The notes beneath the pieces were generated by a model. The model searched no databases. It had not been told where the DNA came from and saw only the letters and a list, made by a program, of their open reading frames with translations. A stretch of 34,479 bases of DNA, taken from IMG/VR virus record IMGVR_UViG_3300032266_001082, positions 1-34,479 of that record. The stretch is one strand, 5' to 3'. This document shows, in pieces, positions 1-8,088 of the stretch. A program made the translations under genes and the position numbers. Each line of letters begins with the position of its first letter. Position 1 is the stretch's first letter. The stretch is from a virus. Its lineage: Duplodnaviria > Caudoviricetes.

Positions 1-1092
1 CCAGATATGGAGCAATTTATTGCAGAATGGAAATCTCTATATGATTCAAAGTCAGGAGAACGAGGTATATACAATGTGGCCGCAGCTCAAGCCCAAGCAG
101 CCAAGTATGGAAGAAGAGATCCAGATATACACTATGGAACTAACCCGTGCTCAGAGATTATTTTACGTCCTTATCAGTTTTGTAACCTTTCAGAAGTCGT
201 ACTACGTGAAAATGATACAAAGAAAGATATTCAACGCAAGGTAGAGCTTGCAACCATTCTGGGAACATGGCAATCTACACTTACAGACTTTAAGTATATT
301 CGTAAAATTTGGAAAGACAATACAGAAGAAGAACGTCTGCTTGGTGTTTCTTTAACTGGACAATTTGGACATAAGTTTATGTCAGGAAAAGAAGATCTTA
401 TTTCTTTAGAGTCATTTTTGATGACACTAAGAGAATCAGCAAGAGCAAAGAATAAAGATGAGGCTGGGAAAATTGGGATTCCAGAGTCTGCTGCTATTAC
501 ATGTGTAAAGCCATCAGGAACAGTATCTCAATTGGTCGGGGTATCTTCAGGAATGCATGCTTGGCATTCTCCATATTATATTCGTACAGTGCGTGGGGCA
601 AAAGGAGATCCAATCTCTACATTTTTAAAGGAAGTTGGAATTCCAGTAGAAGATGATGTTATGAAACCAAACGATACATACGTATTTTCATTTCCAGTAA
701 AAGCACCAGAAGGTGCAATTGTTAGAAATGATTTAACCGCTATTGAGCACTTAAACATTTGGTTGGTTTACCAACGTGCATGGTGTGAACACAAGCCATC
801 AATTACAGTTTCTGTAAAAGAAGATGAATGGATGGAAGTTGGTGCCTGGGTGTATAAGCATTTTGATGAGGTTTCTGGAATTTCATTCCTTCCGCATTCA
901 GATCATTCATATAAGCAGGCTCCTTATCAAGAAGTAGATAAAGCAGAATATGATGCTCTTGTTGAAAAGATGCCAAAAGATATCCGATGGGAAGATTTAT
1001 CTTTTTATGAAACAGAAGATGGAACTTCTACAAATGCCACGCTGGCATGCAGCTCAGACGGAAATTGCGAGCTTGTAGATATTTCTGGTTAG
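1..1092 (+). CDS. nrdJ: Class II (adenosylcobalamin-dependent) ribonucleotide reductase, C-terminal part; 5'-truncated by the window
   Basis: Motifs GTNPCSEI (thiyl-radical Cys), FCNLSE and TCVKPSGT, plus a C-terminal Cys pair LACSSDGNCE. The frame is open from base 1 (CCA GAT ATG), so the ATG at 7 is probably internal. Confidence 0.93.
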   Translation, partial: PDMEQFIAEWKSLYDSKSGERGIYNVAAAQAQAAKYGRRDPDIHYGTNPCSEIILRPYQFCNLSEVVLRENDTKKDIQRKVELATILGTWQSTLTDFKYIRKIWKDNTEEERLLGVSLTGQFGHKFMSGKEDLISLESFLMTLRESARAKNKDEAGKIGIPESAAITCVKPSGTVSQLVGVSSGMHAWHSPYYIRTVRGAKGDPISTFLKEVGIPVEDDVMKPNDTYVFSFPVKAPEGAIVRNDLTAIEHLNIWLVYQRAWCEHKPSITVSVKEDEWMEVGAWVYKHFDEVSGISFLPHSDHSYKQAPYQEVDKAEYDALVEKMPKDIRWEDLSFYETEDGTSTNATLACSSDGNCELVDISG

Positions 1093-1101
1093 TGGTAGAA
1101 T
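1093..1101 (+). promoter_or_regulatory. Extended -10 promoter (TGGTAGAAT)
   Basis: TGn-TAGAAT lies immediately after the nrdJ stop and upstream of the AGGAG RBS (1146-1150) of the next gene. Confidence 0.55.
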
Positions 1102-1105
1102 AGTA

Positions 1106-1144
1106 TTGGTTTAAAAACCAAATTTACAGGGCACCGTGTCCTGT
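1106..1144 (+). promoter_or_regulatory. Two leader hairpins upstream of the holin-like gene
   Basis: TTGGTTT/AAACCAA (1106-1112/1115-1121) and ACAGGGCA-ccg-TGTCCTGT (1126-1144, one G.U pair). The second ends 1 nt before the RBS. Confidence 0.45.
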
Positions 1145-1158
1145 TAGGAGATGATAAA

Positions 1159-1401
1159 ATGGCTAAATTTGCAAAAGCAGATTTAAACAAAGATGGGAAA
1201 GTTGTTATGACAGAACAGATTTTAGCAGCGCTTGGAACTTATGCTCGTGCATTTCTTTCAGCAGCAATTGCTTTATATATGACTGGCAATACCAGTCCAA
1301 GAGATCTTTTGATGGGTGGGTTTGCCGCAGTGGCACCAGTTATTCTTAAGGCTCTAAGCCCAAGTAATAAGGAATTCGGATTCGTTTCAGAATCAAAGTA
1401 A
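1159..1401 (+). CDS. Small membrane protein, putative holin, with an N-terminal EF-hand-like motif
   Basis: 80 aa with two hydrophobic segments (ALGTYARAFLSAAIALYM; LLMGGFAAVAPVILKAL), a charged tail, DLNKDGKV at the N-terminus and an AGGAG RBS. Confidence 0.55.
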   Translation: MAKFAKADLNKDGKVVMTEQILAALGTYARAFLSAAIALYMTGNTSPRDLLMGGFAAVAPVILKALSPSNKEFGFVSESK

Positions 1402-1410
1402 TTTCATTAT

Positions 1411-1452
1411 TAGGACTGCTCCTGTGCTAAAATTAGTACAGGAGTTTTCCTA
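1411..1452 (+). terminator. Hairpin/terminator that contains an extended -10 element
   Basis: CTCCTGTGCTA-aaat-TAGTACAGGAG (1419-1444, one G.U) followed by TTTT. Outer arms are TAGGA/TCCTA. TGCTAAAAT lies at 1425-1433. Confidence 0.55.
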
Positions 1453-1466
1453 TTCTAGGAGTAAAA

Positions 1467-1820
1467 ATGTCAGCGGTTAAAAATTTTGAAGTAGACCAAA
1501 ATACAACATTTTCGTTTGTTGTAGAATATAAAGACAATCAAGATTTGCCAATAAGCCTAGTTGGAGCCTCAGCAAAAATGCAAGTACGTGATACAAAAGG
1601 CGGAACAAAATTAGCATTTACTTTATCAACACCCAATTTATCAGATGGAATATCTATGGATCAAGCTGCTGGTAAATTAACAATTAAGATGTCAGCAGCA
1701 CAAACAAATAAATTATTTTATCCAAAATCAGCCTATGACATTATGGTGACAGATAGTAATGGAAACAAAATAAAATTACTTGAAGGTTTTCTGGCTTTAA
1801 GTAGATCGGTTACGATATGA
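1467..1820 (+). CDS. Small virion structural protein (Ig-like baseplate/fibre adaptor type)
   Basis: AGGAG RBS. The pattern ISLVGASAKMQVRD...AYDIMV...KLLEG is typical of phage fibre-adaptor proteins. It is the first gene of the fibre block. Confidence 0.55.
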   Translation: MSAVKNFEVDQNTTFSFVVEYKDNQDLPISLVGASAKMQVRDTKGGTKLAFTLSTPNLSDGISMDQAAGKLTIKMSAAQTNKLFYPKSAYDIMVTDSNGNKIKLLEGFLALSRSVTI

Positions 1821-2257
1821 CAGATAAAGTAATAGTAACGGAAATTGTAAATGATGTAGTAATTTCTTCCCCTGGCCCACAAGGACCAAGAGGAAAGACT
1901 ATACTTAATGGCTTAGGGGTTCCAGCAGAAAGCCTTGGCCTTGAAGGCGATTTTTATTATGATAAAAACACAACAAGATTTTATGGCCCTAAACCTTCAG
2001 ATTTCACTTGGGTAGGAGCAACAAGTTACCTTTTAACAGCAGGAACACTTACATATCCATTTATGTTAACTCAAATAACAGGTCCAGTATCTGGAGTATA
2101 TAGCCTTCCAATAACACACAATCTGGGATATAACCCAAATGTGACTGTAAAAAATTCTGCAGGCGACATATTAGAAACAGGAATAGACTATAATAGTATT
2201 AACCAAATTACACTGACGATGGCACAACCATTTTCAGGGACAGCATATCTGTCCTAA
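1817..2257 (+). CDS. Short tail-fibre-associated protein
   Basis: ATGA overlap, GPQGPRG collagen triplets, a GLEGDFYYD module and a C-terminal ITHNLGYNPNVTV module. Confidence 0.65.
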   Translation: MTDKVIVTEIVNDVVISSPGPQGPRGKTILNGLGVPAESLGLEGDFYYDKNTTRFYGPKPSDFTWVGATSYLLTAGTLTYPFMLTQITGPVSGVYSLPITHNLGYNPNVTVKNSAGDILETGIDYNSINQITLTMAQPFSGTAYLS

Positions 2258-2269
2258 AGGAGATAAAAA

Positions 2270-3697
2270 ATGGCAAGATTATTTGTAACCAACATTGACC
2301 TCAACAAGAATGAGCTGCTCAATGCCCGAATTCAAAATTTAAGTGCTGCACCATCCAGCCCAGTAGCAGGTCAAGTTTACTATGACACTACAAACAATAC
2401 AATGTATTACTACAATGGACTCACTTCTCCTAACGGCCCATGGATGCCAATGTCTGGATCTGCAGAGGTCATTCAAGACGTAGTTGGCGCATTAATTTCT
2501 GGCGGAACAGGTTTAACAGCAACATACAATGACCCAGCAGGAACGCTATCAATTAAATTAAATGATACCGCAGTAACAGCAGGCTCATATGGTTCAACAA
2601 CAAAGATTCCAACATTTACAGTAGATCAACAAGGTCGTTTAACTGCCGCAGGTGAAGCAAATGTTGCAACAGTCCTCAGCATTGCAGGAGAAACTGGTAC
2701 AGATACAGTAAATCTTCTAACAGATACATTAACAGTAACTGGCGATAGTGCAATTGATACAGCAGTAACAGATAATACAATTACAATTACGGCAAAAAAT
2801 GCAACTTCATCTCAAAAGGGTGTTGCTTCATTTGATTCAACAGACTTTACAGTAACATCAGGCGCAGTAACAGTAAATGCTGAGCGTGTACAAGATATTG
2901 TTGGAGCTTTAGTACAAAGCGGAACTGGAATTACAGCAACGTATAATGATGCTGGAAATACAGAAACAATTAATATTGCAAACACTACGGTAACAGCTGG
3001 TACATATGGAGCTTCAAATAAAAGCTTAACAGTAGCTGTAAATGCACAAGGACAATTAACTTCTGCAGCAGAACAAGATATTTCAATCCCATTAAGCACA
3101 CAAACAACTGGAGATTATGTAGCAACAATTGCAGGAACTGCAAATCAAGTAACAGTTTCTCCAAATAATGGTCATAATGCATCTGTCACAGTAGGATTAC
3201 CAAGTGATGTAACAATTACTAATAACTTGACAGTTGGCGGAAACTTAAATGTAACTGGAACAATTAACTCAGTTAATACTACTCAAGTAAATATTGTTGA
3301 TAATAAGATTAATCTTAATACCGACTTTACAGGAACACCAACAGTAGATTCAGGTATTAGAGTAGAGCGTGGAACATCATCAGATGTAGAAATACTATGG
3401 AGAGAAGCAGCGGGTTCAAGCCAAGCAGCAACTACATGGGGACTAACAAATGATGGAACAAACTATCACTCAATTGCAAGAAAATATGCAGCAGATCTTG
3501 CTAATCCATCAACACTAACAGCTTTAGTTGTAACACATAATTTAGGAACAACAGATGTTGCAGTAAATGTATTTGAGGCAACAGGATCTAGAGCAACTGT
3601 TGAAACAGATGTTGAGCGTACATCAGCAAATACAATTACATTGAGATTTGCAACAGCACCTGCAAGTGGAGCATACAGAGTCGTAATTACTGGTTAA
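2270..3697 (+). CDS. Tail fibre protein
   Basis: AAGGAG RBS; Thr/Ala/Gly-rich. Two internal repeats (QDxVGAL...GTGxTATYND...TxVTAGxYG...VxxQGxLTxA) and a C-terminal VTHNLGT module. Confidence 0.75.
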   Translation: MARLFVTNIDLNKNELLNARIQNLSAAPSSPVAGQVYYDTTNNTMYYYNGLTSPNGPWMPMSGSAEVIQDVVGALISGGTGLTATYNDPAGTLSIKLNDTAVTAGSYGSTTKIPTFTVDQQGRLTAAGEANVATVLSIAGETGTDTVNLLTDTLTVTGDSAIDTAVTDNTITITAKNATSSQKGVASFDSTDFTVTSGAVTVNAERVQDIVGALVQSGTGITATYNDAGNTETINIANTTVTAGTYGASNKSLTVAVNAQGQLTSAAEQDISIPLSTQTTGDYVATIAGTANQVTVSPNNGHNASVTVGLPSDVTITNNLTVGGNLNVTGTINSVNTTQVNIVDNKINLNTDFTGTPTVDSGIRVERGTSSDVEILWREAAGSSQAATTWGLTNDGTNYHSIARKYAADLANPSTLTALVVTHNLGTTDVAVNVFEATGSRATVETDVERTSANTITLRFATAPASGAYRVVITG

Positions 3698-3708
3698 GGG
3701 AGTTTTAA

Positions 3709-3960
3709 ATGTCAGTACAAAGATTAGTTCCCTTACATGCAGTAGCTTTAGCAACAGACCCAGCTAATCCACGCATCGGTGACATTTATTATAATACCGC
3801 TGCAACAGAATTAAGATACTATAATGGATCTATTTGGTCTCCTGTAGGAGGAGCAATAACTGGTTTGCTAGATCATATTCATACATATGATGGTGCAGTT
3901 TATTCTGTAGAAGCATATCAAGTTCCAAATCCTGGCACATTAGATGGCGGCGTTGCATAA
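3709..3960 (+). CDS. Small tail-fibre-associated protein
   Basis: GGGAG RBS. The PxxGDIYYNT...YYNG..W module is also present at the N-terminus of 2270..3697. It ends in LDGG. Confidence 0.6.
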   Translation: MSVQRLVPLHAVALATDPANPRIGDIYYNTAATELRYYNGSIWSPVGGAITGLLDHIHTYDGAVYSVEAYQVPNPGTLDGGVA

Positions 3961-5186
3961 TGTCATTTGTAACAATAAAAATAAGAAGGTCAACAACTGC
4001 ACAATGGGCTAGTTCTACAAAAATATTAGGCGCAGGCGAACTAGGACTAGATACCACATTAAATAAAATTAAAGTTGGTAATGGAACAAGCTTATGGTCA
4101 GCTCTTCCATTTATTAATGTTCTTCCAAGTGAATTTACAGAGTTGGCACAAGATGCTGTTGAGTCGGCATTAACAGCAGGCACGGGAATTACTAAAGTTT
4201 ATAACGATGCTGCAAACACAATAACATTAGCAGTTGATAGTACAATTGCAAATAAAACTTATGTAGATACAGCCGTATCAGGATTAAGCAATACTGCTTC
4301 AACAACCTATATTCCATTAAGCCTTTTAGGTAACTTTGATGGCGTAGCAGAGCTTGATGCAAGTGGATTTGTTCCAGATTCACAAATTTCAGCAACAATT
4401 GCAAGAGACTCAGAAGTGTCTTCAGCTATTTCAACGGAAATAACGAATAGAAATTCGGCTATTTCAACTGCAATTTCTACAGAGGTTACAGATAGAAATT
4501 CAGCAATATCAACTGCAGTAAATAATCTTATTAATTCAGCTCCAGGCACACTAGATACATTAGGTGAAATTGCAACAGCATTAACTGCTGATGAATCAGC
4601 GGCAGCAGCATTAACAACATTAGTAAATACTAAAGCTCCAAAAGCAGATCCAACATTTACGGGAACAGTTTCTGGAGTTACAAAAGCACATGTCGGGCTT
4701 GGCAATGTAGATAATACAACAGATGTTGGAAAACCTATTTCTACCGCTACTCAAACAGCACTTGATTTAAAAGCAAATCTTGCAGGACCAACATTTACAG
4801 GAACCGTATCAGGTATTACAAAAACTATGGTGGGTCTTAGCAATGTTGACAATACCTCAGATGACACAAAAGCTTTAATTTCTTATATTCCAGTTTCTGC
4901 CGCAACTCGAACAATAAATTCTTCAACTGATAAAAATCGGATGCTTGAATGTAGTGCTGCAATAACAATTACAATTCCAAATGATACTCAAGATGCTGGG
5001 TGGCCTATAGGATCTATGGTTGAAGTAAGACAAACTGGAACTGGTCAAATTACCATAACTAAAGATGCAGCTGTAACCATGGTAGGAGCAGATTCTGGAT
5101 TTAAGTCAAGAGTTCAATGGAGTACTCTAATGCTTGAAAAAAGAGCAGCTAATTCTTGGTTAGTTACAGGAGATACAACTGCATAA
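3960..5186 (+). CDS. Tail fibre protein with a major-tropism-determinant-like (Mtd_N/hyaluronidase-N) anchor
   Basis: N-terminal IKIRRSTTAQW...ILGAGELGLDT...KIKVGNG...W, GLxNVDNT fibre repeats, a 15-aa coiled-coil repeat (SAISTEITNRN) and a C-terminal WLVTGD domain. Confidence 0.8.
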   Translation: MSFVTIKIRRSTTAQWASSTKILGAGELGLDTTLNKIKVGNGTSLWSALPFINVLPSEFTELAQDAVESALTAGTGITKVYNDAANTITLAVDSTIANKTYVDTAVSGLSNTASTTYIPLSLLGNFDGVAELDASGFVPDSQISATIARDSEVSSAISTEITNRNSAISTAISTEVTDRNSAISTAVNNLINSAPGTLDTLGEIATALTADESAAAALTTLVNTKAPKADPTFTGTVSGVTKAHVGLGNVDNTTDVGKPISTATQTALDLKANLAGPTFTGTVSGITKTMVGLSNVDNTSDDTKALISYIPVSAATRTINSSTDKNRMLECSAAITITIPNDTQDAGWPIGSMVEVRQTGTGQITITKDAAVTMVGADSGFKSRVQWSTLMLEKRAANSWLVTGDTTA

Positions 5187-6415
5187 TGCCAAAGTCATCC
5201 AGAAGACTACATTCAGCTACTATTTCAAGATTAAAGGCTTTACTTTCTCTTATAGAAAATTTTAGTAGACTAGATCTTACAAATGCAGGATCAACATCTG
5301 CAAAATGGAAGCATATTGTTGCAGGTTGGACAACTTCACTTGGAAAAGGAACATCAACAGCAATTGGAGCACTTATATCAACAACTTTTGCATCAACAGA
5401 TGCAACATTAACTGCAAAAAATCCAGCATCTGGAGTAGGTCCAGCTTTCTGGATTACAGACTCTGGAAATTATTGGGCAGTAGTAAAAAATACAACAAAT
5501 ATTTGTCAAACATGCTCTGCCTGCGGTGTATATAATAGTTGTTCTTATTGTAGTTCATATGCATATGGGTCAAGCTCAAGCTGTGGGTGTGCTTCTTATA
5601 CACAAACACAATGCTGTAATACATACGGATATGTTACAGTCTGTTCTTCATACGGCACAACTACATGCTGTACAGCTTATACCTATGTTGTTTGTTGTGC
5701 AGCAGGATATTCAGATTATTACTATACATGTTGCCAAGCATACACCAGCTCAACTTGTTGTACTCAATATTATACATATTACGGCAGATTTTGCTGTGCA
5801 GCATATACTTATAATTCATACAAAGGTGGAGTTGTTTGTAGTCAATACTATAATTGTGCAGTGACGTTATGTTACGCTTATGGAACTTGCACAACATGCT
5901 CCTCATATGGAACTTGTTCAGTTTCTACATGCTTAGGTTATGGCGGATGCTTGCAGTGCAGCACATATGGAACATGTCAAGTTTGTACAGGATATTCAGA
6001 ACAGTTTACTTGCACAGGTTATACTTCTTGCACTGTATGTGGAGCCTATAATCAGTGCCAGTACTGTGATGGGTATTCCTATGGACCTAGCGCAGCATGT
6101 GGATGTGCCTCATCTTATACATATAATTGCAACTGTGCAGATCAGCACAAAATAGAATTAATTAAAAAAGAAAATGGATCAGAAACAGTTGTATCTTCAA
6201 CAAGTAATTCATCTTCGCAGATTGCTGGAATTAAAGTTACTACGGATGGCAATAATGTTACAGCTCAAGCCTATTCAGATACTAATTATTCTTCACAGAT
6301 AGGATCAAATCTAACTGCTGTAAATACTGGACAAAAGTCAAAAGACCATGGTATAATTTCAAGAGCTTCAAATGCAAGCCAAGGATATACAATAGATGAA
6401 TTTAGGGTAAATTAA
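5186..6415 (+). CDS. Putative fibre-tip protein: beta-sandwich (lectin-like) scaffold split by a 40-Cys/37-Tyr insert
   Basis: Start moved to the ATG at 5186 (TAATG overlap with the fibre gene). The flanks are Cys-free and beta-strand-like (PAFWITDSGNYWAVVK...KIELIKKENG...IKVTTDGNNVT...HGII...IDEF). The insert spans 5504-6136. Confidence 0.7.
   Translation: MPKSSRRLHSATISRLKALLSLIENFSRLDLTNAGSTSAKWKHIVAGWTTSLGKGTSTAIGALISTTFASTDATLTAKNPASGVGPAFWITDSGNYWAVVKNTTNICQTCSACGVYNSCSYCSSYAYGSSSSCGCASYTQTQCCNTYGYVTVCSSYGTTTCCTAYTYVVCCAAGYSDYYYTCCQAYTSSTCCTQYYTYYGRFCCAAYTYNSYKGGVVCSQYYNCAVTLCYAYGTCTTCSSYGTCSVSTCLGYGGCLQCSTYGTCQVCTGYSEQFTCTGYTSCTVCGAYNQCQYCDGYSYGPSAACGCASSYTYNCNCADQHKIELIKKENGSETVVSSTSNSSSQIAGIKVTTDGNNVTAQAYSDTNYSSQIGSNLTAVNTGQKSKDHGIISRASNASQGYTIDEFRVN
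5513..6112 (+). repeat. 28-aa direct repeat bracketing the Cys insert (5513-5596 and 6029-6112)
   Basis: CSACGVYNSCSYCSSYAYGSSSSCGCAS versus CTVCGAYNQCQYCDGYSYGPSAACGCAS: 17/28 identical, no gaps. Confidence 0.85.
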
Positions 6416-6814
6416 ATGAATAACAAACTTAGCTTTATTCAAAGCCTTAAAGACTATTTTAGAGATGTTAGTATATATATAAAAACACATGCCAATAAGT
6501 ATTTAAGAAACAATTTAAAAATAGGGTATAAGGTTCCAAAAGATCATGAGTTTATTCCAGATCAGTCTAAGCTAGGAATGCACCTTGCCATATTAGACCC
6601 AACATCTATGATAGTAGAAGACATTATGACAACAAACCCAAAGTTTGGTAATTTGCTTAAAATGGGACCAATTTTTATTGAAATTAATCATGAGCAAAAA
6701 AATAAATTAGATTTAAATTCAAAAAATTGGATATATAATGAAGACGAAAAAGATTTTTTTGAAATTAAAGAAATAGAGCCAGTTCCACTAGAGGAATGGA
6801 ATAAAAATGGTTGA
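6416..6814 (+). CDS. Hypothetical protein; C-terminal half resembles the small fibre-partner proteins at 7046, 23048 and 23350
   Basis: Abuts the upstream stop codon. Contains the pattern LAILD...IVEDIM...PIFIEI...WIYN...F. Confidence 0.55.
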   Translation: MNNKLSFIQSLKDYFRDVSIYIKTHANKYLRNNLKIGYKVPKDHEFIPDQSKLGMHLAILDPTSMIVEDIMTTNPKFGNLLKMGPIFIEINHEQKNKLDLNSKNWIYNEDEKDFFEIKEIEPVPLEEWNKNG

Positions 6815-7049
6815 TCCGTTTGAAAGGCCAGCCAGGCCATGGGACCTATATAATAAAAAAATAGGACGTGTAGATACATTAACTGCAGAACAAAGACTTG
6901 AGATTTGTAAAGGTTGTACTTTTTTTATAAAAACTACTAGCCAGTGCAAAAAATGTGGATGCTTGATGATAGCAAAAACAAAGCTACCAAACGCAGAATG
7001 CCCTATTGGAAAATGGGGACAAACAAAGATAGAGGAGGAAATAATATGA
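6807..7049 (+). CDS. Small six-Cys, probably metal-binding protein (DUF6171-like)
   Basis: RLEICKGC...CKKCGCLM...KLPNAECPIGKW with a GAGGA RBS. Family name recalled from the motif, not searched. Confidence 0.65.
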   Translation: MVDPFERPARPWDLYNKKIGRVDTLTAEQRLEICKGCTFFIKTTSQCKKCGCLMIAKTKLPNAECPIGKWGQTKIEEEII

Positions 7050-7318
7050 CAGTATATGAAGAGTGGTTAGCCACACAAAATGTTCCTGTTGCAGTGCCAC
7101 CAGAAAACATTAAAAAGCTAGCTTATGTTATTGATGGTAAAGTTGTTCAGACTTTAGCTACAGACGAAAGAATGTGGGCTATTATTTTGAGTAATCCAAC
7201 AATTGTTGACATTACAGATATAACATTTCCAGATCGTGTAGAAGGCGAGCTTATTTCACAAGTAGCAATAGGCACCGACTGGGCATACGACGGAACAACA
7301 TTTACACCACCAGCATAA
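7046..7318 (+). CDS. Small fibre-partner/chaperone-like protein
   Basis: Start moved to the ATG at 7046 (ATGA overlap, AGGAGG at 7033-7038). Pattern LAYVIDGKVV...IVDITD...GTDWAYDGTTF. Confidence 0.65.
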   Translation: MTVYEEWLATQNVPVAVPPENIKKLAYVIDGKVVQTLATDERMWAIILSNPTIVDITDITFPDRVEGELISQVAIGTDWAYDGTTFTPPA

Positions 7319-7326
7319 GAGGATAA

Positions 7327-8067
7327 ATGAAAAAAATTAAATTCGTAGCCTCTCCAGATATGGTAGACATGCTTGAGCCTTCTCCTATAAAAAATCATAT
7401 ACCTCAATGGTATAAAGATGGAGAAGTATATGATGATAAAAAGTCTGCAGGATTAAAAACATGTGTACCATTTCTTGATGTAATGCTGACTGGCTACGCC
7501 TTAACAACTATTGATGACTTAAAAATATCAAGAGAAGATGGCTTTGTTGTTATTGAAGATGGAAAAATAAAACAAGATGGTTCTTTTGAGCCTAATAAAA
7601 AAAGAACTTTGCATAACCATGCCCTTAAAGATAATCAAATTTTTAGCAGAATGGTAAATGAAAGAAAAGGTTCAAGTGGATCTACTATACCAAGACCACC
7701 AGGACATATGCAAAATCATTTTGTTTGGAGCGGAAAGTGGGGGTGGAAAGCTCCAAGAGGATATTCTGTACTTGTAACACATCCCTTTAATAGACTTGAT
7801 CTACCATTTACAACACTTTCGGGAGTTATTGACAGCGATGGTTGGGTTCCATCTGGCAACATTCCATTTTTTTTAAAAGAAGATTTTGAAGGGGTTATTC
7901 CAAAAGGAACTCCAATAGCTCAACTGCTTCCATACAAAAGAGATTCTTGGGTTATGAAAATTAGTAAAATACTTGAAGCTCGTTATACAGTTGACATTAA
8001 AAGCCACTCAAAAGGTTCTGACGGCTACTACAAAAAGAAGTACTGGAACCGCAAGAACTATAACTAA
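7327..8067 (+). CDS. Conserved phage protein, probable beta-fold enzyme (DUF6065/dUTPase-fold-like)
   Basis: Motifs PQWYK, KTCVPFLD..GY, W..PRGYSVL..HPFN...PF...GVIDSD and G.IPKGTPIAQLLPYKR. Function cannot be determined from sequence. Confidence 0.55.
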   Translation: MKKIKFVASPDMVDMLEPSPIKNHIPQWYKDGEVYDDKKSAGLKTCVPFLDVMLTGYALTTIDDLKISREDGFVVIEDGKIKQDGSFEPNKKRTLHNHALKDNQIFSRMVNERKGSSGSTIPRPPGHMQNHFVWSGKWGWKAPRGYSVLVTHPFNRLDLPFTTLSGVIDSDGWVPSGNIPFFLKEDFEGVIPKGTPIAQLLPYKRDSWVMKISKILEARYTVDIKSHSKGSDGYYKKKYWNRKNYN

Positions 8068-8072
8068 TCAGA

Positions 8073-8088
8073 GGGTATAATATAACAT
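8073..8088 (+). promoter_or_regulatory. -10 promoter giving a probable leaderless mRNA
   Basis: GGG-TATAAT (TATAAT at 8076-8081) ends 7 nt before the ATG at 8089, with no SD sequence in between. Confidence 0.6.

Noticed and set aside
5504-6136. RiPP precursor, metallothionein or eukaryotic keratin-associated contamination
   Set aside because: The Cys tract is internal to a 409-aa ORF coupled to phage fibre genes, with no leader/core layout and no adjacent radical SAM or YcaO gene. Metal binding itself is not excluded.
5305-6155. Alternative-frame ORFs over the Cys-rich gene (5305, 5526, 5661, 5854, 5940)
   Set aside because: These are shadows of a low-complexity coding region, with no RBS or motifs.
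3960-6415. Diversity-generating retroelement suggested by the Mtd-like N-terminus and the Tyr/Asn-rich insert
   Set aside because: No reverse transcriptase and no template/variable repeat pair differing only at adenines was seen in the window. The Mtd-like part is only the anchor domain.
7327-8067. Canonical dUTPase or 2OG-Fe(II) oxygenase
   Set aside because: There is only partial resemblance (GVIDSD). The full dUTPase motif set and an HxD...H triad in the expected context are not evident.
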